Origin: Candidatus Zhuqueibacterota bacterium | GTDB lineage: Bacteria; Zhuqueibacterota; Zhuqueibacteria; Thermofontimicrobiales; Thermofontimicrobiaceae | NCBI GenBank assembly: GCA_049322915.1 | Contig: JBMOPW010000020.1 | Coordinates: 192,001 to 256,000, forward strand | Reading direction: 5' to 3' | Length of the DNA stretch: 64,000 nucleotides | Notes under the pieces: model-generated | The model's input: only the letters and a program-made list of their open reading frames with translations | Told to the model about the DNA's origin: nothing | The model's database searches: none | Translations under genes and position numbers: made by a program | Shown: positions 27,336-36,576 of the stretch, one piece after another | Numbering within the stretch: position 1 is the stretch's first letter | Layout of the letters: each line of letters starts with the position of its first letter

Positions 27336-28295
27336 CTATTCCGGCAGTCGTCCCCATTCCACAGAGAGCGTGTCGATATTTTCATGCGTGAGCAATTTCA
27401 CCGGGATCAAAATCTCCGCCGGCGTTTCATTGCCTTTTAAAATTTGTATGGCAGATTCAATGGCTGTCTTTCCAATGGAGTAGGGGAAGACCAGGGCCGC
27501 GCCCCGCAGGCATGGGTCATCGGCGTCAAATCGCTCGAAAGCCTCCTTCTGGCCGCCGCAGACCATCACCGCTTTGACGTCATCGATGCGGCCGGCTCCT
27601 TCAATGGACGCCATGGCGCCCAACGTCATCACATCGTTGATGCCAAAAATATAATCCACATCCGGGTGCGAAATCAACAGGTCTTCCATCAGCGCCATCG
27701 CCTTTTCGCGCCGGGATTCGGCGTTCAACTCGGATAAAATTGTGATGCCGGGGTAATTGCTCATCACGTCGCGAAATCCGATCACGCGATTGATGCACGA
27801 CGTGAGGACCGGGTGAGTAATAATACCCACTTCGCCCTGACCATTCAGTTGCCCGGCGATGAACCGCGCACAGATTCGGCCGGCCTCCACATCGTCGGAC
27901 ATGATGTGCGTCTTCACCTCGCCCTTCTCCGACTTGATGTCCACGGTGATGACCGGAATTCCCTGCCGATTCACTTCGTCGATGGTGGGGCCGATGGCTG
28001 TCGGACTCACCGGACTCACAATGAGCACATCGATATTCTGCTGCATGAAATCTTCGATGTCGCTGATCTGTTTATTCAATTTCAGGTCCGCATTGCGGGA
28101 GAGCACTTTGATTTTGAAGTCAGTGCTTTTGGCGGCAGTTTCGAGCAGGCCTCTGTTCAGGGTGATGTAAAAATCATCCTGCATCGTCAACAGCGACGCT
28201 CCGATCAGAATCTCTTTATCATCCGTCTTGCGGGAGCAGTCTGTCAGAAGAACAACGCTCAGGAGAATCAAAATGAACGGGGTGATGCGCTTCAT
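27336..28295 (-). CDS. Sugar ABC transporter substrate-binding lipoprotein (RbsB-like)
   Basis: LLTDC lipobox-like, GIPVITVD, IFGINDVMTLGA. Confidence 0.93.
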   Translation of the reverse strand: MKRITPFILILLSVVLLTDCSRKTDDKEILIGASLLTMQDDFYITLNRGLLETAAKSTDFKIKVLSRNADLKLNKQISDIEDFMQQNIDVLIVSPVSPTAIGPTIDEVNRQGIPVITVDIKSEKGEVKTHIMSDDVEAGRICARFIAGQLNGQGEVGIITHPVLTSCINRVIGFRDVMSNYPGITILSELNAESRREKAMALMEDLLISHPDVDYIFGINDVMTLGAMASIEGAGRIDDVKAVMVCGGQKEAFERFDADDPCLRGAALVFPYSIGKTAIESAIQILKGNETPAEILIPVKLLTHENIDTLSVEWGRLPE

Positions 28296-28380
28296 AGTGT
28301 GCCTTTCATGATTTGAAGTGAGAGTTCAGTATGGACATGACGTCTTGAATCATGTGCATTTTAAAACAACGCGGCTCGTT

Positions 28381-30645
28381 TCAATCCCGATAGCGCGGCA
28401 GGGATTTCCGATACTCATCCACGCGGAGCCCAATTTTTTCCACCGGAATTTGTTTGAATCCGGTCGCAAACGCCGGGGAATTTTCTTTCAGCCGAAAATC
28501 TTCTTTTTCGAAATTGACAAAGCCGGGATTTTCTTTGAGCACAAGATTGTCTTTGAATAATTCCGCGATGCTTTCTCCCACATCCGTGTGATAGATGTAG
28601 CCGGCTTCATTGTCCAGGTTGAGATAATATGGCTCCCAACCGGCCGGGGCAGTTTTGACATGCTTGCAAATGATGGAGTCGGCAATCACATTGTTTTTCA
28701 TGGTGATGACCGACAGATCGTAGGCGAAGAAATCATACAGTTCGATCCATTTCCCGGCGACGGAGATGTTGTTCAAAATGCGGTTGTTTTTGGGAACCGC
28801 CGGATCGTCGTCCAGCAGGGTCCGCAATTCCGGATACTTTTCGCTGTAGGGCGGCTCAGTGGCAGTCAGCGCTTTCAATGAATCGAACAGCACCGGATAG
28901 GTTCCGTCGAAATAATAGCTGGCCCAGCTCAGGCCACGCGCGTCGAGGACAATGGAAGGCTGACAGGCAATGAACACGTTGTTCTGGACGAGATTGTCGC
29001 GCCCGCCACCGAGCAATGCGCCGCGCCCGGATTTGTAGCAGATGTTCCCGTAAATTTTGAAGCCGGACGCGAAGTCGTCCAGATAAATCGCGGTGACGCC
29101 ATGCAGCCCGGGGCCTTTGAGATGATGGAAATAATTATAACGATACTCATTGCCGCGCCAGGTATAATTTCGACCGGTGTGAGTCGCGCCGGCGTCGCCG
29201 GTCTCGTTGCAGACATTGAATATTTCGTTGTATTCCAGCAGGTGATCGTTGCCGCAGATATACATGCCTTCGTGCGGCGCGTCGTGAATGACGTTATGGG
29301 CGACATACTGGCCCACGCCGGAGATGAAGATGGCGTACTGACCAGTCCGCACCCAAGTGCTGTAATGGTGGATATAGTTATTGGTGGCGAAATTATGCGC
29401 CGGCGTCAACGTCTTCCGGCTCCCGCTTTTGAGCAGTATCCCGCTCTTGGCCACGTCGTGAATGTCGCTGCTGGTGATGCCGTTGTTCGACCCGCCGATA
29501 ATGACGACAGCATCATCGCCCAAAAAGCTGAAGTCGCAGCCGGCAATCGCATTATTCGTCCCGCCGGAAATGGTGACGCCCTGTCCCCGCGAGTATTTGA
29601 AAGACATTCCCTCCAGCCGAACGCCGTTGCAATGGCTGAGGCTGATCAGAGGCTGGTCGAGAACCGATGCGTAGATTTCGCTGTTATCGGGATCCCCGGG
29701 CAGCCAGACGTACACCGTGCCAGAGTCCCGGTCGAGGTACCATTCTCCCGGCGCGTCCAGTTCTTCGGGAAAATGGAGAAAATAGAATCGCTGATTTTTG
29801 GTGTAGCCGTAATGATGATGCGGCTCGGCCAGCGTGATTTCGCCCTTTTGAAAATCGATCGCTTCAATTTTCTGGTAGGAATCGCTCCAATCCCAGGTCC
29901 AGTAGCCGTGGAGGTAGATGTCGTCGACACGGGCCCAGTGAAGCGGCCTGGCGCTGGTGAATTTGATCTTGCCATAATGCCGTCCCACCGGAACGCCATC
30001 GAACCGCTTCTCCCGCTCCAGCCCTTTGTTGAGAAGCCGCTCGCCTGTCTGAGGCACATCGGCGATGGTCAGCCACCCTTCGTTGGGGTAGCGGGCCGGC
30101 GTCATTCGCTGGCCCTGGCTAAAAAGCTCGAGTCCCGGAGCGCCGCGCTGGGTGATGTCCCCATAATCGGAAATCCCATTGGCCGTCATATCGAGCTGGA
30201 TGACGTTCCCCCTGGCTGGCGCCGGCAGGCGGTCGAGCACGCTGGTATCGGTTACAATTTCAAACCCGGTGAGGCGCTTGCCGCCCATGACTGTGACTTC
30301 ACCGTCGCCGTAATTTTGCCAGATGATCCGGGATTCGGTGTCGCCGGCATTCAGTGAGTCGAGGCGCAGCGTCTCAGCGAATGGGTATAAGCCGGCCCGC
30401 ACGCGAATGACGATGCTGCTGGCGGACTCAGCTTTTTTCAATTCGCGAATTCGCTCGCTGGCCTGGTGGAACGTGGCCAGGGGTCCATCGCTGTTGGTTT
30501 CGTTGGGGCGATCCAGGGCGCCGGACCAGGCGTCGTTCCCGAATGGGGAAATGTACAGCGTGATGGTCTTTTCATTTCGAAGAGGAGAACAAAATGCAAC
30601 GAGAAGCGTGAGGGACAGCAGAGCTAATAACGTGTGGATTTTCAT
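28381..30645 (-). CDS. Right-handed parallel beta-helix protein (putative glycoside hydrolase/lyase)
   Basis: YISPFGNDAWSG..GPLATF, ARYPN, EELDAPGEWY, multiple PbH1 repeats, DAGA, IYLDD. Confidence 0.85.
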   Translation of the reverse strand: MKIHTLLALLSLTLLVAFCSPLRNEKTITLYISPFGNDAWSGALDRPNETNSDGPLATFHQASERIRELKKAESASSIVIRVRAGLYPFAETLRLDSLNAGDTESRIIWQNYGDGEVTVMGGKRLTGFEIVTDTSVLDRLPAPARGNVIQLDMTANGISDYGDITQRGAPGLELFSQGQRMTPARYPNEGWLTIADVPQTGERLLNKGLEREKRFDGVPVGRHYGKIKFTSARPLHWARVDDIYLHGYWTWDWSDSYQKIEAIDFQKGEITLAEPHHHYGYTKNQRFYFLHFPEELDAPGEWYLDRDSGTVYVWLPGDPDNSEIYASVLDQPLISLSHCNGVRLEGMSFKYSRGQGVTISGGTNNAIAGCDFSFLGDDAVVIIGGSNNGITSSDIHDVAKSGILLKSGSRKTLTPAHNFATNNYIHHYSTWVRTGQYAIFISGVGQYVAHNVIHDAPHEGMYICGNDHLLEYNEIFNVCNETGDAGATHTGRNYTWRGNEYRYNYFHHLKGPGLHGVTAIYLDDFASGFKIYGNICYKSGRGALLGGGRDNLVQNNVFIACQPSIVLDARGLSWASYYFDGTYPVLFDSLKALTATEPPYSEKYPELRTLLDDDPAVPKNNRILNNISVAGKWIELYDFFAYDLSVITMKNNVIADSIICKHVKTAPAGWEPYYLNLDNEAGYIYHTDVGESIAELFKDNLVLKENPGFVNFEKEDFRLKENSPAFATGFKQIPVEKIGLRVDEYRKSLPRYRD

Positions 30646-30768
30646 GCAGATTCCTTGTGCTTGGTCAATCGAACTGCGTTACGAAAAATTCAGTGAGTCG
30701 CACTGTGGACTCAATCTGTCATTTGAAAACAATCAGATAAACATGAACCAGGGGAAGGTATTTCTTTG

Positions 30769-30812
30769 TTTTGAAATTTTCAAAATGTAAAAAAATATCC
30801 GGCCATTGTCAA
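30769..30812 (-). promoter_or_regulatory. Sigma-70 promoter with overlapping palindromic operator for the carbohydrate cluster
   Basis: Minus strand TTGACA-17-TACATT (30812-30784); TTTTGAAA-T-TTTCAAAA at 30769-30785. Confidence 0.6.
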
Positions 30813-31048
30813 TAAGTATTTGTGAATTATTTGGGATTCAGGCATACCCCGGAGCCAGGATTCGGACGTGCGGTTGAGCTACCCACCGAATTTTGGGCCG
30901 GCATCAGCATACGGCGAATGCCCGGAGGCGCGCCGTCGGGATTCTATTGGAGCGAAAAAAAAATGTATGATTCCTGAAAAAAAATTCTTATCTTGCCGGA
31001 GCTAATTTGTACACCAGAGTGGTTGCGCAGAGAAACACGGAGAACAGG

Positions 31049-31612
31049 ATGATTAGACTGGTTGTTGCGCTGGGAAATCCGGATCGGCAGTACCTGAAAA
31101 CGCGGCACAATATTGCCTGGCAGTTCATCGAATATTTATCCTTTTACAGCAATCTGGATTGGCAGAAAAAATTCAAGGGCGACTATGCAGCGCGCAGGTT
31201 TTCCGGCGAGATGATCTATTTTCTGAAACCGCAGACTTACATGAATCGCAGCGGAGAGAGCGTTCAGGCGCTGATGCAATTTTACAAGGTATTGCCGGAA
31301 GAGATGCTGGTCATTCACGACGACCTGGAACTGAATTTCGGTGAGGTCGGATTCAAAAAAGGCGGGGGAGTGGCCGGCCACAATGGGCTGAGGTCCATCG
31401 TCGCGTCGGCTGGCGCGGGCGATTTCTATCGGTTCCGACTGGGCATTTCCCGGCCAGACCACGGCAATGTCACGGCCTGGGTGCTGGGCAATTTTTCCGG
31501 GGATGAGACCATTCGGCTGTCGGGTTATCTGAAAAAAGCTGCGGCGATATTCGAAGACCACTTCACCGGAAATCTGGAAACACTGAGCGCTAAAACCAGA
31601 TGCATCCAGTGA
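31049..31612 (+). CDS. pth: Peptidyl-tRNA hydrolase
   Basis: LGNP..Y..TRHN, KPQTYMNRSG, HDDLEL, GHNGLRS. Confidence 0.97.
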   Translation: MIRLVVALGNPDRQYLKTRHNIAWQFIEYLSFYSNLDWQKKFKGDYAARRFSGEMIYFLKPQTYMNRSGESVQALMQFYKVLPEEMLVIHDDLELNFGEVGFKKGGGVAGHNGLRSIVASAGAGDFYRFRLGISRPDHGNVTAWVLGNFSGDETIRLSGYLKKAAAIFEDHFTGNLETLSAKTRCIQ

Positions 31613-31641
31613 CGTCAGCCCGGCGCGACCGTCCAGTCGAA

Positions 31642-33018
31642 TTAAACGTTCTTCTTTTTGGGGTCGAAATAGTCCAGTTTCTCCATTTTGCTGTGCAGGG
31701 TGCTGCGCGGTATTTTCAGCAGTCGGGCGGCATTGCTGATGTTGTGCGCGGACTCTTTCAACGCCCAATCAATGACGCTGCGCTCGTAGTCGCGCAGCAG
31801 TTCATCGAATGACCTGTCTGCCGGGAGCGGGCTTCCGGCGGCCGGCGCGGCGGGTGACTGACGCGAGAGGGCAGTCGGCTCTTCCGCGAAATTCAGCACA
31901 TCAATTTCCTGAGGCAGTGCCAGCATTCGCTGCACCGTGTTTTCGAGCTCGCGCACATTGCCCGGCCAGTGATAGCGCATCATCCGATCGAGTTGGGCCG
32001 GCGTGATGGTCAGCGTTTTTTTATTGCGGTTGTGCTTGGCGATGAAATGGTCGATCAAAATCGGCAGGTCGTCTTTGCGATCCCGCAGCGGCGGCACAGC
32101 AATGGGGATGATATTCAACCGGTAAAAAAGGTCCTCCCGAAATTTTCCTTCCTTCACTAACTGATGCAGATTCACTTTGGTAGCGCAGACCACGCGAAAA
32201 TCGACCGGAACCGCCTCCGAACTGCCGACCGGCTGAACCTCCCGTTCCTGTAAAACGCGGAGTAATTTCACTTGCAGCAGTAACGGCAGGTCGTCGATGT
32301 CATCGATGAAAAGTGTCCCGCCGTGGGCGCGCGCGATGTAGCCCTTGTGGCGTCGATGCGCTCCGGTGAAGGCGCCCTTTTCGTGGCCGAACAATTCGCT
32401 CTCCAGCAGGCTTTCCGGCAGTGTGGCGCAATTGATGGCAACGAACGGTCCATTGCTCCGCTCGCTGTACTGGTGCAGAATTCGCGCCACCAGTTCTTTG
32501 CCGGTCCCGCTTTCGCCCTGCACGAGTACGGTGTGATCTGTCGGAGCCACCGATTGCAGCGTCGCCATGAGCCTTTGCATGACCGGCGTACTGCCAATCA
32601 ACGCCGTGGTTTCGTATCGATGGATCCGATTTTTGAGCTGCCGGTTTTCCTGTAAAATTTCTTTGAATTGCCGGATATGCATCAGCATGCTCAGCAGTTT
32701 ATCTGGCGAAAATGGCTTGGTCACATAATCGTACGCGCCGAGTTTTAACGCGGCGACGGCCGTTTCCACCGTCGCGTACGCAGTGATGACGATGACCGTG
32801 CAGTCGGCATTTTTCTCCTTCGCGGCTTTCACAATATCCAGGCCGTTCAAGCCGGGCAGGCGCAAATCGGTCAGCACCACTTCGAATCGCTCGTGCTCCA
32901 GCATTTCCAGACCGGCGTTGCCGGTGTCACAGGCGCTGACGTGATAGCCCTCCTTCCGGAGCATCTCTGTCAGCGTAATGCGGGAAATTTTTTCGTCTTC
33001 AACAAGTAAAATATTCAT
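31642..33018 (-). CDS. Sigma-54-dependent response regulator (AtoC/ZraR-like)
   Basis: Receiver, [22 protein letters not shown], Fis HTH; Walker B reads LFIDDI. Confidence 0.95.
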   Translation of the reverse strand: MNILLVEDEKISRITLTEMLRKEGYHVSACDTGNAGLEMLEHERFEVVLTDLRLPGLNGLDIVKAAKEKNADCTVIVITAYATVETAVAALKLGAYDYVTKPFSPDKLLSMLMHIRQFKEILQENRQLKNRIHRYETTALIGSTPVMQRLMATLQSVAPTDHTVLVQGESGTGKELVARILHQYSERSNGPFVAINCATLPESLLESELFGHEKGAFTGAHRRHKGYIARAHGGTLFIDDIDDLPLLLQVKLLRVLQEREVQPVGSSEAVPVDFRVVCATKVNLHQLVKEGKFREDLFYRLNIIPIAVPPLRDRKDDLPILIDHFIAKHNRNKKTLTITPAQLDRMMRYHWPGNVRELENTVQRMLALPQEIDVLNFAEEPTALSRQSPAAPAAGSPLPADRSFDELLRDYERSVIDWALKESAHNISNAARLLKIPRSTLHSKMEKLDYFDPKKKNV

Positions 33019-34475
33019 GCTGCACCCTGAATTGGCAGTGTCACGTGAAAGGTGGTTTTCACACCGGGCTGGCTGGAAACGCGAATTGCGCCGGCGTGAT
33101 TTTCAATGATGCCGAGGCTGACGGATAGTCCCAGCCCGGTGCCCTTGCCCTCATCCTTTGTAGTGAAAAAAGGATCGAAAATTTTGTCCAGATGCTGCGG
33201 CTCAATGCCGGTTCCATTGTCGGAAATTTCGAAGAAGATGGCGTCGCTGTTGAGGACGCCGGTCGCGATGGTGATTTGGCCCTGAACTTCGATGCTGTCG
33301 ATGCTGTTGATCAGCAGATTCATGATCACCTCCTGAATGAGATGGCCGTCCGCTTGAATCGCCGGGAGCTCATCGGCAAGCTGCTTCCTGATGTGAATAT
33401 TGTTTTTCTCGAGCCGATATTGTATCAGCGACAGGACATTGTCGATCTCGTCATTGAGATTGATTCGGGCAACGTGCTTGGATTGTTGGCGCGAAAAACC
33501 GAGCAGCTTCTGCACAATGAGCGCAATGTGATCCAGCCCTTCGTTGGCCAATTGGAGATAGCGATGAGTCTGACCCAGATCCTCGGGCTCGCGTCCGATG
33601 GCGTACAGGCAGTTCTTGATGCCATTGAGTGGATTGTTGATTTCGTGGGCCACGCCGGAAGCCAGCCGTCCCACAGAGGCTAATTTTTCAGCGTGAAAAA
33701 CCTGGCGCTGGGCTTCCAATAATTGCCGCCGCGATTGAGCCAGACGCTTTTTCATTTCTTCAAAGTTTGTGACCAGAAAGCCGATTTCATCGCGGCCGGC
33801 GGTTAACTGGATGGGGCCATCGCGTTCCAGGTCCAATTGATTCATTTCCGAGACCAGTTGCCGAAGCGACTTGGTGAGGCGATGAATGAGAACATAAATC
33901 ACTGCCAGAATGATCACGACCACGCTCAGCGTGAGCGTCAACAGCAGGAAAAATAATTGTTTCATTTTCGCCCGTGTCGGCTCGCTGTCAAAGCCCATTT
34001 TCAGAACGCCCCATGATTTGCCATGGATTTGCAGCGGGAAGGTCACTTCGGTGATCCAGCCGAAATCGGCGATGTTGTGTATGCGGCAGATGGGTTCGAA
34101 ATTGCCGGAAGAAGCGAGCGCGCCCGTTCCGTCAGCGATCTGGCTCGCCCCGGAATAGCTGCTGCGAACCATGATGTGCCCGTGAGGATCGTACACATGG
34201 ATGAATTTGACCTGCTCGTTTTTCTTCAAAAAATTGTGGATATGATTCTCTAAAAATCCTTCCTGTTGCAGCAGACCGCTTTCCTGGTAGATGAGCGCGT
34301 CGAGGATGGAAACGGAGAACGTCTGCGTCACCAGCAGCGCGCTCTCTGCCTGGTTTTTCAAAATGAGCGAGCGCCAGTGAATGAGCACGCTGATGGAAAT
34401 GGCCATCATCAGGAAAATGATGAGGCTGCCCATGAGCAGGACGAAGCGCGTTTTCAGGCTGTAGAGGTAGCTCAT
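33015..34475 (-). CDS. Sensor histidine kinase (2 TM, HAMP, HisKA, HATPase)
   Basis: GVAHEINNPL, DNGTGI, FFTTKDEGKGTGLGL; ATGA overlaps with both neighbours. Confidence 0.95.
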   Translation of the reverse strand: MSYLYSLKTRFVLLMGSLIIFLMMAISISVLIHWRSLILKNQAESALLVTQTFSVSILDALIYQESGLLQQEGFLENHIHNFLKKNEQVKFIHVYDPHGHIMVRSSYSGASQIADGTGALASSGNFEPICRIHNIADFGWITEVTFPLQIHGKSWGVLKMGFDSEPTRAKMKQLFFLLLTLTLSVVVIILAVIYVLIHRLTKSLRQLVSEMNQLDLERDGPIQLTAGRDEIGFLVTNFEEMKKRLAQSRRQLLEAQRQVFHAEKLASVGRLASGVAHEINNPLNGIKNCLYAIGREPEDLGQTHRYLQLANEGLDHIALIVQKLLGFSRQQSKHVARINLNDEIDNVLSLIQYRLEKNNIHIRKQLADELPAIQADGHLIQEVIMNLLINSIDSIEVQGQITIATGVLNSDAIFFEISDNGTGIEPQHLDKIFDPFFTTKDEGKGTGLGLSVSLGIIENHAGAIRVSSQPGVKTTFHVTLPIQGAA

Positions 34476-35422
34476 GGCCTCTCCGGCATCGATGCAATGA
34501 TGGGTTCAATGTGGTCGTAATCAGCGTCCCGGGCAATGGCGAATCCGAAGGCGAACTCCGGGTCCCAGTCTTTCACGATGCGCTGATATTCAGTTTTTCG
34601 AATATCGATTTTCAGAAATGCGCTCTGAATGGCCTGCGCGATGACCGCGTCCAGTTCCGCATTGACAACGATGGGCGAGCCGGGAATCGGTTCTGAGGTG
34701 GCGAGAAATCGGATGCCTTTATCGATGAATTCGTAGGCCACGCGATCTTTCACCACGCCCACATCGAAATTTCCCTGCAAAACCTGATAGATAACGGTGT
34801 GATGATAATCGAAATAATGAATGGAATCCAGGTCGCTGATCGTCAATCCATATTTTTTAAATTCGTGGCGGAACAACCAGTTGCCGGAAAACGACTGCGG
34901 CGAAGGGAGAGCCAGTCGCTTGCCTTTGATATCTTTGATGGACTGCAACGGGCTATCGGACCGCGTCACCAGCACGGAGCGGAAAAACGGCTCGAATTGA
35001 TTGTTGAGCGGTTTTAGGATGCACTTCAGCGGAGATTTTTCGCGGGCAGCCAGGTAGATGTAGGTCCCCAAGAATGCCGCCTGAACCTGCCCGCTGACCA
35101 GTTGGTGAATGGTCTCTTCGTAGGAATTACTCAATTTCAATTCGAACCGATACGGCGTCGATTGAGTGAGGTAATTCATGATGGGCTGATACCCTTCGTA
35201 GATCAAATTGGGTGAAAACCTGGAGATGACGCCGAAATAGACAACCGGCTTCGCGCCGGCCGGCGTGGTCGGGGAAGCGGCCAAGTCGGATTCGTCCGGC
35301 GCGATGGAGATGTCAGTGATGGCAAAGTAGCCATAAAAAACAGCTATGACGAAAATGATGAATGCGCCAATGGCCAAAAAGAATTGTAGGAATTTCATCG
35401 TGTGCTTTTCGTTGAACTTCAT
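34472..35422 (-). CDS. PhnD/phosphate-phosphonate family substrate-binding protein (membrane anchored)
   Basis: YQPIMNYL, DIKGKRLALPSPQSFSG, HHTVIYQVLQGNFDVG, SEPIPGSPIVV, ARDADYD. Confidence 0.88.
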   Translation of the reverse strand: MKFNEKHTMKFLQFFLAIGAFIIFVIAVFYGYFAITDISIAPDESDLAASPTTPAGAKPVVYFGVISRFSPNLIYEGYQPIMNYLTQSTPYRFELKLSNSYEETIHQLVSGQVQAAFLGTYIYLAAREKSPLKCILKPLNNQFEPFFRSVLVTRSDSPLQSIKDIKGKRLALPSPQSFSGNWLFRHEFKKYGLTISDLDSIHYFDYHHTVIYQVLQGNFDVGVVKDRVAYEFIDKGIRFLATSEPIPGSPIVVNAELDAVIAQAIQSAFLKIDIRKTEYQRIVKDWDPEFAFGFAIARDADYDHIEPIIASMPERP

Positions 35423-35481
35423 GTTTTTGACGTTCCTTTGAGCAAAATGTATACCTCACAATTCTCTGGAAAAACAACAGC

Positions 35482-35510
35482 AATGTACGGTATGAAAAAA
35501 TCAAAGTCAA
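35482..35510 (-). promoter_or_regulatory. Candidate sigma-70 promoter for the PhnD-like/kinase/regulator operon
   Basis: Minus strand TTGACT-17-TACATT. Confidence 0.55.
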
Positions 35511-35516
35511 GGGGAT

Positions 35517-35630
35517 TGTCGAAATCTCGGCAGGCGGCTCATCGAAAAATCGATGAGTTGTCGGAGATTCGTGAGAGCAGGAGCCGTGCGTCGACCGAAG
35601 ATGTCTGGAAAATATGTCGCAATTGTTGCA
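35517..35630. promoter_or_regulatory. Cluster of candidate enhancer-binding-protein sites
   Basis: TGTCG-AAATCT-CGGCA (35517), CTCATCGA-AAAA-TCGATGAG (35538), TGTCG-GAGATT-CGTGA (35559), TGTCG-CAATTG-TTGCA (35615). Confidence 0.55.
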
Positions 35631-35650
35631 TGTGAGCGGAGGACATTGAC

Positions 35651-35665
35651 TGGCATGGACTTTGC
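35651..35665 (+). promoter_or_regulatory. Sigma-54 (-24/-12) promoter
   Basis: TGGCATG-GACT-TTGC, near-perfect consensus, 42 nt upstream of ATG 35708. Confidence 0.85.
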
Positions 35666-35707
35666 GATTGCTATTACACTTCATTTTATTTAAACTTAGG
35701 AGATGGT

Positions 35708-36334
35708 ATGCCGGACGTTAAACCACGCTTTGAATTCCGGGCATTCGCTCAGAATTTTGGAATCGTCGAGGACAGGATGCGGCAACTGAGTCCTCTGGAA
35801 AAAATTCGGGAGAGTCTGGAAATTTATATCATGTCAGCCGGCAATAATGAGAACAACACCAAAATCCGAGACGGCCTCATGGATATCAAGGTGTTTGTGC
35901 AGTCGGTCGACGGGCTGGAACAATGGAATCCGCGAATGAAAGGCGAATTTCCCATGTCAGCGCAGATGATTCGCGACGAAGTATTCCCGGCTTTTGGTGT
36001 GACGGCGCCCTCATTGAACCGCAGCGCCTACACGCTGGAGCAATATATCCGCGAAGTGGTTGCGCCCCATCCGGGCCTGGCTGCGGTGAATGTGTTCAAG
36101 CGCCGATTCGCTTTCACCATTAACAATTGCATTGCAGAACTGGCGGACGTCTACATCAATGGCGCCAGAATCCGAACGGCCAGCCTGGAATCTGTCGATT
36201 CGGAAGCGATCCTGCAAGCCAAATCAATGGTCGGGTTGAATGACTTCGAAAATGTCAATTACCTGCTGGCGATCAAGCGCGTCATTGGCATGGAACCGTT
36301 GCCAGAGACATCGCCCTATCGCGTCGGATTTTAA
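35708..36334 (+). CDS. Divergent CYTH-like (triphosphate tunnel) protein
   Basis: N-terminal RFEFRAF (ExExK-like), KIR..MDIK, VFKRR, ELADV, and C-terminal NY; AGGAG RBS. Confidence 0.6.
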   Translation: MPDVKPRFEFRAFAQNFGIVEDRMRQLSPLEKIRESLEIYIMSAGNNENNTKIRDGLMDIKVFVQSVDGLEQWNPRMKGEFPMSAQMIRDEVFPAFGVTAPSLNRSAYTLEQYIREVVAPHPGLAAVNVFKRRFAFTINNCIAELADVYINGARIRTASLESVDSEAILQAKSMVGLNDFENVNYLLAIKRVIGMEPLPETSPYRVGF

Positions 36335-36576
36335 CGCATCGCTTCGAAGAAAAGGGCGCCCGTGGAACTGGCGTCCGACGCGCCGGGATTGGGCTGGAAT
36401 CCGCTGAAGCCTTTGCGATGCCGGCGGCTTTTTCATCGCGAATTCAGCGTCGTCGATGACTTTGAAATTGCTCCGGCGCTTGTTCATTTCGGCGTGAGAT
36501 GGTCGCTTCCCGGACGACGACGGCGATGCTCCCAATTGAGACGAATGTTTGTTCATTTAAAAATGAAGGAAAAGGA

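Noticed and set aside
29101..30357. 418-aa plus-strand ORF
   Set aside because: Antisense shadow of the beta-helix gene.
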